Part shown: positions 14,501 to 26,500 of the stretch, piece by piece
How positions within the stretch are numbered: the first letter of the stretch is position 1
How the letters are laid out: each line of letters opens with the position of its first letter
Assembly (NCBI RefSeq): GCF_902713615.1
Contig: NC_052154.1
Coordinates: forward strand, 63,409,652-63,473,651
Direction: 5' to 3'
Origin: Scyliorhinus canicula
Lineage: Eukaryota
Length of the DNA stretch: 64,000 nucleotides
Notes under the pieces: generated by a model
Database searches by the model: none
What the model saw: the letters and a program-made list of their open reading frames with translations, nothing else
Told to the model about the DNA's origin: nothing
Translations under genes and position numbers: made by a program

Positions 14501-17500
14501 CAGTCTTGACATTCTGGAACTGTGGGCACCGCCCCTTTGGCCAGCCATGCTGCAGGTTGTGTAGGACTTGAAGGAGGGTGGCGTCCTCCTGTGTCGCCTG
14601 ACGAATTTGCTGCAGCTTCTCGTCCGTTGCCGGGAGCGTCTCCTTGCACCACTGTGCATGAGCTTCCACATCATTGATGGACGCCAGTGGCGGGTTGTCA
14701 GCGTCCATGGCTCGTGATAACGTGTCAGCTATCACAAGGTCCTTGCCAGGGGTGTAGACCAGCGTGAAGTCGTACCTGCGCAACTTCATCATCATGCGCT
14801 GTAGGCGCGGCGTCATATCATTGAGGTCCTTGTCAATGATATTGACCAGCGGCCTATGATCCGTTTCCACGATGAAAGTGGGGAGACCGTACACATAGTG
14901 GTGGAATTTGGTCACTCCTGTTATTAGCCCTAGGCACTCCTTTTCTATCTGTGCATACCTGCACTCTGTGGCGGTCATCGCCCGTGAAGCGTAAGCCACT
15001 GGAACCCAGTCCAACTGGTCATCCTGTTGCAGTAGCACAGCACCAATCCCATGTTGACTGGCGTCAGTGGAGATCTTGGTGGGTTTCACCGGGTCAAAAA
15101 ATGCAAGCGTTGGAGCTGCCATCAGCTGGTATCTTAGATCATCCCATTCAGCCTGGTGAGCCTGGGTCCAGGCAAACTCCGTGTCCTTCCTTGTCACGTT
15201 CCTCAACGCCTTTGTCCGTGCTGCCAGGTTGGGTATGAATTTACCAAGGAAGTTGACGAATCCCAGGAACCTTAGAACCGCTTTCTTGTCCTGTGGTCGC
15301 TGCATGCTCTGAATTGCAGCGATCTTCTCAGCGTCCGGCTTCACCCCGTGCTCTGAGATTGTGTCGCCCAGGAATGTCAGAGAGGACTGTGCGAAAGTGC
15401 ACTTGGCCCGGTTGAGCTTGAGTCCAAAGTGGTGTATCCTCTGGAAGACTTGCTTCACCCTCGCAATATGGTCTTTCTCCGTCGCCGACCATATGATGAT
15501 GTCATCCACATAGACACGTACGCCTTCGATGCCTTCTACCATCTGCTCCATGATTCTGTGGAATATTTCGGATGCAGATATAATGCCGAAGGGCATCCGA
15601 TTATAGCAGTACCTTCCAAACGGCGTGTTGAAGGTGCATAGCAGGCGGCTGGACTCATCGAGCTGCATTTGCCAGAAACCCTGTGAGGCATCAAGCTTGG
15701 TGAAGATGCGAGCTTTTGCCATTTCGCTCGTGATTTCCTCGCGCTTGGGGATCGGGTAGTGTTCCCTGCGAATGTTCTTATTCAGGTCTTTGGGATCTAG
15801 ACAGATCCGAAGTTCACCAGACGGCTTCTTGACGCACACCAGCGAGCTGACCCAGTCGGTCGGCTGTGTGACTCTTGAGATGACGCCTTGAGTCTGGAGA
15901 CGCTGAAGTTCGGCTTTTAGCTTGTCCCGCAATGGAGCCGGGACCCTCCGTGGGGCATGAACAACCGGTATGGCTGTCTCTTTGAGCAAGGTTCTGTACG
16001 TGTAGGGCAGTGTACCCATGCCCGAGAAAACGTCGGGGTAGTCGGTGAGTAGCAGCTGTATGTCCTCGTAAATGCGTGATGATGCAGCCGTGTGCATGAA
16101 AATCCGCTGAATGAGCTGCAAATCCTTGCAGGCTTGAGCGCCGAGCAGCGAGGACCTGTTGTCTTCCACAATCTCAAAGCGTAGGCCTGTTACGACAGTT
16201 TTGTTGGCAACTTGTAGGTGGCAGGATCCCTTGGAGATGATCGGGTTGCCGTTGTAGTCAGTGAGCTTGCATGCTGCAGGTAACACCTCGTGCGTCCCTG
16301 GGACCGATGCGAGATCTTTGCTCGTTAGCAAGTTTGCTGAGGCTCCCGTGTCCAGTTTGAACGTGATGGGGAAGTCCTGTACGTGCACCGTGGCAGTCCA
16401 TTCACTTGCAGAGTTGATGGCATGCACGTGTCGAGGTTGTGTCGTCAGCTCCTGTGGTCCCGCTGTGGCATTAATAATGCCAATGCTGTACGTGTGCTCC
16501 CAGGAGTTGAATTCTTCATGGTTGGAAAAATTGTCGTCGGGAGCCTGAGTGTTCGTGACATCAACCGTGCGGACTTTCAGGTTGCCATGCCGTTGAGTGG
16601 ACGAGTGAAATTTAGCTGTGGATTGACATTGGGAGGCGAAGTGATTCATTTTTGAACACTTTCTGCACCTTTTTCCTTGGGCAGGACATTGCCCTTTTAA
16701 GTGGGAGGAGCCGCAGTAATGACACGTCATGACGTCATGCGTATGCTGCGTTCACGCATGCGCATTGCGGTTTTCAGACCAGGGCCGGTATTGCGAGTAG
16801 TGCGCATGCGCGGACCGATCACTTCTGGGATCGCGTCTTTCAGGACGGTGCGCATGCACAGACGGGCCAGAGAACGGAAGAGACGGCCTGGAAAACGGAA
16901 GAGACGACCTGTGAGGGGAATTCACCATCTTTATATCGTCCTCGTGGTGGATGTTTTGTAAGGAATGTTTTTCAAATAGCTCCTGTACCTGCTGCATTTT
17001 CTGCTCCTGTAACAAGCATTTTTCTATGGTAGTTTTTAGTGTTAAATCGTTTTGCAGTAATAGTGAGTCTCTTAGTTTTTTGTCAGCAAGACCATAGATT
17101 AGCTGATCTCTGATGAGTGAGTTTGTTAAATCACCAAAGTTGCAGCCTTGTGCCAGCAAGCGTAACTCTGTGACCAAGTGGGTGATAGTCTCCCCTTGTT
17201 TTTGGAGTCTGTGACGGAGGGTGAATCTTTCAATGATTTCATTGGATTGAGACTTATAGTGTTCATCCAATTTTGCCATTATCACTTGAAACTTAGTTTT
17301 GTCTTCAGTATCCGCATATGTGAACGAGTTATATGTGTCTACCAGTTGCTGGCCACACGATGTGATTAAAAGTGCAATTTTCTTTCCATCGGTGGCTGTA
17401 TGTAAGTCCTGAGCTAACAAGTACATTTCAAATTGTTGTTTGAACATTTTCCAATTATAATTTAAATTACCTGTAGCTCTCATTGGCGCTGGAAGTACCG

Positions 17501-20500
17501 TGTGTTCCATTGTTGCAGAAAGTCGTCTGAAGTTGAGAGGCTGCAAAGTCTGGTGGCTTGCCTGTTGCTGGTGCTTCTTCTTTGTCTGCTGTCTTTTTCT
17601 TTCTTTGTCTTGCTGGTAGCGCTGGTTCCCTCTGTTCAGAGAATCCACTCCTGTACCATGTTATGCTTCTTGAAAGAATGCTCGAAGTCGTCTTTAGGTT
17701 AAGGATGATTTATTGTGTCCCACAATAAATTACAGATTACACTTGAGAAAAGGCTGCTCTTCAATGTTCTGCAACTAGGCCCCAAACAGACTAGCACCCT
17801 TCAGCTTCTTGCACCTCTTGCCACTCCAACCCCTCCGGTTTCAAGTGGCGGAGGCGGGCCTTCGGCGTTCCTTTTATGGGTGTCCCCGCGCTGCCCCCTG
17901 GTGACTCAGGCGAGGATCACCACAAAGGCGAATGCTATTTTGCACTCTATTACGTACGTTCACTCGCTGCCCCATACCGGGTTTTTGCACTCCTGTAAAA
18001 GTTGCATAAGGCTCTCGACTTCCAATTTATCCAGTCCAGGGAAAAGAAAGACAATTTGAGATTTTCAAACTGTGCTCCATTACTAAGTTACATTTCATTA
18101 GTACTGTATTAAAATGGGTGGTGCTGCACTCCACAGAACAACTGGAACTCTACTACCCAGAACAACAGGAGCTCTGAGATAAGGGAAGACAACTCATGAA
18201 ATGCTGATACTAATCACCAGAATGTAAGTTCATAAAGAAGTTATCCTCTGCAATCACCTCCGGTTTCTGTTTACTTCATATTTCTTTCTGTGCAATGATA
18301 ATGGAGGTCACACTTACTATCAAGCTGCTTTAGTTTGTCTCAGGCATCCATGTCTTTACAACATTAATTTTGTAACTGTAGGTGCTCTTTTGAACTTAAC
18401 TTACTGAAACCTATCCAAGGCCTTTGTTATTAAAATGGAGCACAGGATGTAGGCATTACTGCCTACTTTTGTGCTCTGTTTTAGGACAGCCTGGTAGCAC
18501 AAGTGGCTAGCACTGTGGCTTCACAGCGCCAGAGTCCCAGGTTCAATTCCCCGCTGGGTTATTGTCTGTGCAGAGTCTGCACGTTCTCCCCGTGTCTGCG
18601 TGGGTTTTGTCCGGGTGCTCCAGTTTCCTCCCACAGTCCAAAGACATGCAGGTTAGGTAGATTGGCCATGATAAATTGCGCTTAGTGACCAAAAAGGTTA
18701 GGAGGGGTTACTGGGATACGGGGATAGGGTGGAAGTGAGTGCTTAAGTGGGTCGGTGCAGACTCGATGGGCCAAATGGCCTCCTTCTGCACTGTTTGTTC
18801 TACTGGCAATGCCAGCATTTTTGACTATTCCCAATTATCTGTGAAAAGCTAATGGTGAACTTGTTGCCTGTTTCGATCCCAACAGCGTCGCCAATACTGT
18901 TGCTAATATTAATGATGTTGGTGAACCACAAGCCTTCCCTTATATCGATCAAATTACCATACATCCAGTTAGTTACTTCAAATGATGGTTTCTTTACATA
19001 CACAAGGGTTATGTCGACATACAAACACAATATCTACTATGAGTTAAACTACACCTATCAGCTACTATAACCTATAATTAACTTCAGGGCGACCTGTGCA
19101 AATGGATACAGCCTTTATCTGGATTTCACTTGGCTGGTTCGAAGGAAGTGGCTCAGTCTCTGCTGGGCTCATCCGTCAGGTAGCGATCGTTGGTCTTGAA
19201 CTTGGCTGGCTGTTCCTGCTGCAATTGGGTTGGCACAGGCTGGATCCAAAAGAGACTGAACACATGGCTGTGCTCTCTTTTATCCCTCTGGGATTTTGCG
19301 CCCTTGGGGGCGGTCCTTAACCTTGGACCCAATAGTTCGACAAGGCTCTGATCACTGTCTTCGATTTTGGCCAATAAAGGGGCGGCTGCCTTGGTAGCTG
19401 GGAGGGTCCTTAGCGGCCATTGACCTTGGCAGTTGTGCTTTCTGAGCAAGGGAATGGCGCTGATCAGTCTGTGGCTGTACCGGTTGCTTGATTGGAGTTC
19501 TATTGTCCTGGGAAAATGGGCAATTAAAATGCAAACGAGCAGGTGGTTTCGATCAGGTCTGGTTACCTGTGTTTCAAATACACATAGGCTCTGTATCTGT
19601 CTCAGTTCTGGGTTGGCCATAATTCCCATAGTCTTTTGTAGGTGGCCATCTTAGATGGCTACAAACTGCTTTCTTGAAACACTGGAGACCATGTGATGAA
19701 AGTACTCCTGCCGTGCTTTTAGGGAGGAAGTTCCAGGATTTTGATCCAACGACAATGAAGGAAGTGCAATATAATTCCAAATAAGACTCGGTGTGGAACT
19801 TGGAAGGGAACTTGGAGGTGGCTTTAGCCCTTGACTTTCCAGGTGGTATACCTGGTAGGTTTGAGAGTTACAGTTGAGAAGTGCATCCGATAGACGGTAA
19901 TCATTTCAGCCACTATGCACCAGTGTGGATGGAGTGATTGCTTAATATGGTAGATGGGTAGTCAATAAGATTAGATACTTTGGTTATTATTCTAAGGATG
20001 GAGAGCGGTCACCACCCTGTTAAGACACCCTGGGCTAGTGCGCCGTCAATTCCAGCTCCAATTGACCCGGAGTCACAACGCAATTGAATTAACCAACATT
20101 TCTTAGAAAAATACCCAAAGTCTTTTTGACGCTTGGCTTCCCACTAATTAGTTAACAGGTTTACCACAAATTTAAACAGAATTACTTTTTATTTATAACA
20201 AGAACTATAATGAAATATGCAGCAAATACAACTGGTTAACTGTTATCTAATTCCCCACTTTAACTTGCACCCACCCTCTATACACACACACACACACACA
20301 CACACAAGACTGACAAACACAGAGGGGAGGATCCAATCACCACCTTTTACTGAGCAGAATACGGCCTTTTGGCCAATTCATTGGCGACCAGCCAACCAAT
20401 CAACCTGAGTCCCACTCCTGCCTCTCGGGTGTCAAAATGTCTTGAGTTTATCTGCCCAAAACCAGCAGAGTGTCCTCTGTTGTAACTTCTTGAATTCCTC

Positions 20501-23500
20501 ATTACATGTCCATTAAGATAAATGTCCATTTAGCATCCATGGGCCAAAAATGATAACAGCAAAAATAAAGAAAGGGGAAATAAGGTAATCAACAGGAAGG
20601 ACCCGTACAATCCTGAGAGTGATTGGCAGTGGGCGAAACCTCCGTCGGCACTTGGAAGGAAGTCCTGTTTGTGGTGTTTTTTAAGTTGCTTATTTAGAAT
20701 GGTTGACGTGGTGTTCCACAAAGACCACAGTGTAGCTTTTACTTCAACAAAGCTATGATTTTATTTACACTACTAAACTGGGTTAACACTTAGTCCTTTA
20801 GAGTACAGAGTTGATGAATAACATCTAACCGCACTCATCTTCTGCTAATATCACCACTAGTATAAACTATAATCTGACCTTCTCACGCTAACTGCTCTTA
20901 TGACCTTCATTAGCTGTCTCCTGCATACACTCCTCCCCGAAGGTCCAGCATCACTGCTTTATATAGTAGTATCTGCAGCTCCCTCTGGTGGTTATTCATG
21001 TACTATATTAACCCTTGTAATGCTGATAGTTATGATAATACCACACTGTCCATGGGAGATGTTGGCCAAACTGATTGGCTGACAGCTCTCCAATTCGGCC
21101 AGACACAGTGCTGCAGTGATACTAAGGGGGTAGTGCAGCACTCTGCCTGGAACAAAGTCCCAGGACTGTTAGAAAGATATATTCCAGGTGGCCCGGACCT
21201 TGGGGAGGTTTAATGACCAAGAAAGCTGGATATAAATGGATATAAGTTTATTTAACTATTTACTATAATAATAATCTTTATTGTCATAAGTAAGCTTACA
21301 TTAACACTGCAGTAAGTTACTGTGAAAGTCCTGCTGAAGGCAGCAGGTCACTCCCAGGACAGTCCCTGTTGGGTGGTCTTGTTCATAAAGAAACAAAATT
21401 ATTTCTATTTCCTTTTATTCATATATGAGGACCAAGAGGGTAACTAGAGAAAGGGTATGCCCACTCAAGGACAAAGGAGGAAAGTTATGCGTGGAGTCAG
21501 AGTGACAATCCTGATTCTTTTGCTGTCAGTCTGGTCTCAATAATATTTGAGACGGATTTGCAGGTATCAATTATTGTTTATTTTAACCAGCTAGCTGGGG
21601 AGACTCACTCTATTGGGAGAGCAGGACACAACCACAGACTCCTGAATCTTCAACAGCGAGAGTGAACAAAGGGACAAAACATTTCTGTACAGATACATTC
21701 AAGTTGCATCAAGTTTCACATACATACGGCCAAATAAGGCAACAGTAATGAATGCAAGATTCCCATAGGCTGTACCTATACACTTCTTGACCTGGCCATA
21801 TATCCTGATTGGCTCACTTCACATTCTTCAGCCCTTGGGGGGGCCCCTTTCACTCAGCATTCTCGTCCTAGCAACTGCCCCTCCCCCCTTTCTGGCCATG
21901 TTTTGCTCAGTTCCTTTGTTCATTCCCTGATAAACTCATTACCCTACTCTCCGGCTCCTATACCCGGGTATATCCTCTACATTATCCTAACTAATTATCC
22001 CATTTTGTATCACATTTGTTTGTTCAATTCCTCAAGTGAAAATGGGTGAGATTCTTAATGAGTACTTTGCATCGGTATTCACCGAGGAGAGGGACATGAC
22101 GGATGTTGAGGTTAGGGATAGATGTTTGATTATTCTAGGTCAGGTCGGCATAAGGAGGGAGGATGTGTTGGGTATTCTAAAAGGTTTTGAGGTGGACACG
22201 TCCCTAGGTCCGGGTGGGATCTATCCCAGGTTACTGAGGGAAGTGAGACGGGAAATAGCTGGGGCCTTAACAGATATCTTTGCAGCATCCTTGAACACGG
22301 GTGAGGTACCGGAGGACGGGAGAATTGCTAATGTTGTCCCTTTGTTTAAGAAGGGTAACAGGGAAAATCCACTTAATTATAGACCGGTGAGACTGACGTC
22401 AGTGGTAGGGAAGCTGCTGGAGAAGATACTGAGGGATAGGATCCCTTCCCATTTGAAAGAAAATGGGCTTATCAGTGATAGGCAACATGGTTTTGTGCAG
22501 GGAAGGTAATTTCTTACCAACTTAATAGAATTCTTTGAGGAAGTGACAAAGTTAATTGATGAGGGAAAGTCTGTAGATGTCATATACATGGACTTCAGTA
22601 AGGCATTTGATAAGGTTTCCCATGGTAGGCTGATGGAGAAAGTAATGTCTCATGGGGTCCAGGGTGTACTAGCTAGATGGATAAAGAACTGGCTGGGCAA
22701 CAGGAGACAGAGAGTAGTAGTGGAAAGGAGTTTCTCAAAATGGAGAACTGTGACCAGTGGTGTTCCACAGGGATCCGTGCTGGGACCACTGTTGTTTGTG
22801 ATATACATAAATGATCTGGAGGAAGGTATAGGTGGTCTGATTAGCAAGTTTGCAGATGACACTAAGATTGTGGAGTAGCAGATAGTGAAGGGGACTGTCA
22901 GAGAATACTGCAGAATATAGACAGATTTGGAGAGTTAGGCGGAGAAATGGCAGATGGAGTTCAATCCGGGCAAATGCGAGCTGATGCATTTTGGAAGATC
23001 CAATTCAAGAGCGAACTATATGGTAAATGAAAAAGCCCTAGGGAAAATTGATGTACAAAGAGATCTGTTTTTCAGGTCCATTGTACCCTGAAGATGGCTG
23101 CGCACGTCAATAGAGTGGTCAAGAAGGCGTACGGCATGCTTTCCTTCATCGGAAGGGGTATTGAGTACAAGAGTCATCCCATTATTGGCATGTTCATTTA
23201 CATTTTTCAGTGAACCAGAGCTAGTCGCCTGACTTGATGGTAATAGTAGAGTGAGGGATCTGCCAGGCCAAGAGATTACAGGTTGTGGTGGAATACAATT
23301 CTGCTACTGTTGGTGGCCCATAGAACTTCATGAATGCCCAGTCTTAAACTACCAGATTTATCCCGAATCTTTCTCATTTAGCACAGTGGTAGCATCACAC
23401 AACAGCTCTTCGATGTGAAGATGAGCCTCATCTCTACCAGAATTGTGGTCACTCCAACCAATACTGTCCTAAACAGGTGCATCTGTGATTGACAAATTGA

Positions 23501-26500
23501 GGAGAATGAGGTTAAGTAGGTTTTGCCCTCTGTTGGTTCTCTCATCACCCACCGCAAACCTAGTCTGGCAGCTATGTCCTTCAGGACTGGGCCAGTTCAG
23601 TCAGTGGTAGCCTTATCAGCCCATTATTGGTGGTGAACATTTAAGTCCCTCCCCCAAAGTACATCTTTGCCCTTGTTGTCTTCAGTGCTTCTTCCAAGTT
23701 GCTTTGTAAAGTTGCAGCATGACTTTTAGCCTCTTGCATTCTAGCTTTCTGGATATTAACACTATTCCATTAACAGTTTGATTATTTTTTGTACCAGTCT
23801 GTGATATTTTAAATATCTATCTCCATGGACCCGAAATGCTCTTTGGACCTCCATTTCTTCTAGCTTTTCACCAGTTAGGAAGTACTCTGATCTATCTTCT
23901 AGGACTATATGTAATATAATTATGATGCACATGGTCCTTTGAAACAAGACGTTGTAACATTGTCTTCAACATCCAAACTTTCAATGGCTTTAAAATGTCA
24001 AAAGACATCATTGAACCTTTTTACATAACAGGAGCTAAACTATGCCTTTTTTTACCTTTGAATTTTTACCTGCCAATATAATTACTTATATGGTTCTGGG
24101 TTCTCAATAAAAAGGTGTCAAGTGCAATAGACAACTATGCCTAAGTGGTAAGCTTAAGTGAGTTGATAACATTTTATGTGCGTGGCCATTTGAGAAATTT
24201 GGAAATATTTCAACTCTGCTCACTCCCAAAACCAATGAATATTAATCAATGTATCAGCTGTACCCAAAGCTCTTGCAATAGATTCAATCTTCTGTAGTGA
24301 TATTCTTTTATTCCCTGCTAAACATCCTTCAATTGTGAGAGGCAGAAACCAATGTCATCAGAATATAGTACATCAACTTTGATTTTATATTAAGGGCTCA
24401 ATATAACAGAAAGGTTTTGAAGTGCCATTTGTGGTGAGTTTTGCTGGGAGTTTCCCCCCGGCTCTGTTGGCAAGCTCCCTACGGCTATCTAACCACACTC
24501 AGTCATTTTTTTTAGCCCTGGGGAGTTTCCCACAAGTTTAGCCCACACTTAGAATTATTTTCAACACTGGGGAGCTGAACTGACTGGCCAGACCAGCTCC
24601 TCAGCGATCAGGCTGACATTTTGAAAGGGTCCCCCATAGCCCCTACCCATAAACAATGTCACCCCCCCATACACATGGGCAGTAACCCCTCCCCCCTCTC
24701 CTCCGCAAGTGAGGACACCCCAGTATTGGGTCGCTGGGTGTCCCCCCTTTTCCACGCCCCCATTTGCACCCCCCCCCCTTTCCAGGACACCCACCCTTTA
24801 CCCCTTCGATCTTCCAGAGAACCCTTCATACCCGCCCTGTACCCTCCACCTTGCCCTTCATACCCCCCTCCAAACTCCCTTCATGGACATGGCCCCCCTC
24901 AGGCCCTGACCCTTGGCATTGCCAACCTGGCTGCTGGAAAATTTGGCACTGCCACTCTGGGAGTGCTCCTGCTGGCTTTGCACTGCCACCTGGCCAGTGG
25001 CAGAATGGCAGTGCCAAGGTGCCAGATGGGCAGTGCCTGCATTCCGGGGGAGGGGAGTAGGGGCACCCTGCACTATCCCTGGCCACCCAGGGGCATCCAA
25101 TGGCACGGGAGATCCCCGGGTGCCGTTTCGCCTGGTCCACGTTTGTGTGGACCAATACTGAACAGCGCCCAGCTGGAGATTCCCTGGGGAAGTCATTAAA
25201 TAGCGGATGGTCATTAGATATGGAGTCCTTCCCATTAACGATATGGAGATTGGCCTTAATTGGTGATGATTGGTTTCTTGCCATGTCTGGATGAATCCGG
25301 ATCTCAACGGGAGCAGGCTAGTTAGATCGGAAACTGATCGGTGCCTAGCGCGGATCCCAATTTGGACCTCTCCAATGATCTAACCTGCTCGCCCCAATCT
25401 GTGATGGGCATAACACGGCCGTTAAATCGCACCCTAATTGTTTGATTTAATTAACATCGCATTACAGCAATAGAAGAGCATGAATCCTTATTAAGGCAAC
25501 ATGTTTGAGGTTCATTCCAGTTTATTATACCTTCATCATTTTCATCATCTGAATCGTCATCAAGCAGCATGTTAATGAGTTCATTGGTTGCTAATTCCAC
25601 CAGCATACTCTTACATTGCAGTGATTGAGCTCCTTTGATGCACATAGCCTATTAGAAAACGGATGTTAAAAATAAAAAGTTCTTTCATTTTTTCAATATA
25701 TATATGAATACAGTGAAGCCAAAATGTAAATATATCATGAAAGATACGGTTTTTTAAATCATTACATTTTCACACCACTGAATCATCAAAATACTATTTC
25801 TACATGATTTTTAATTAATGACACTATTTTCTGCTGCAAGGCCTGAACTCTCCAATCCTATGATTCTGGCCTCTTGGATATCCAGTGTTCCAAATTGTGC
25901 TCTGTCTACCCATGGAAGGTATGGGTGACATCTCTGGGGTAATGTGGAAGGAATTGACGAATGGAAAATCTTCCAATTGTGTTCTCTCTCTCTCTCTCAT
26001 GCACTCTCCTGTTTGTTTTGTCCATTTCACTGTAACTTGTTACAATTTAGGGGTTGCAGAAACTCAATTAGCAGCATTGATGGCATTGCGGGCAGTTAAA
26101 TAAAAAAAGTCTTCAGGGGTTGTTGACAGAATTTAACTGGGTTTAAATGGTTGCTAAGTTGAGTATCCACGTGTTGTATAAAGGCATTTTAAAATTAAAG
26201 AAAAGACTTGCAATGAAGAATATTACCAAGGTTAATATTGACTAAACATTACAAGTGGTGGTGGAGGCAGGTCACAAAGGATTTTTTTTATTCCTTAGGT
26301 TAATGTGTTTCAGCTTTGAATTAAAATCTTCTTGTTCTCCAAGGGGTGAATTTTAAGGCCTTGATGGGAGGGAGCTGGAACTAAAAAAGAGTAGCTACAC
26401 TTCTAACACTGTTGGGGAAGGACTGCTACAAATTGTACATCACCCTAAATCCTACTGGCGAACAAAGAAAACAGACAACAAAGCTTTTGAAAGGCTTGAA

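Larger units (their letters stand above)
12951..17924 (-). mobile_element. Full-length Ty3/Gypsy LTR retrotransposon
   Basis: Two 266-bp TG...CA LTRs; TSD AAGGC (12946-12950, 17925-17929); PBS TGGTACAGGAGTGG next to the 5' LTR; PPT gtgaagaaggggga next to the 3' LTR; domain order PR-RT-RH-IN. Confidence 0.97.

Noticed and set aside
17511-17648. N-terminal extension of Gag in the ORF track
   Set aside because: It starts at a GTG inside the PBS; the first ATG in good context is at 17510.
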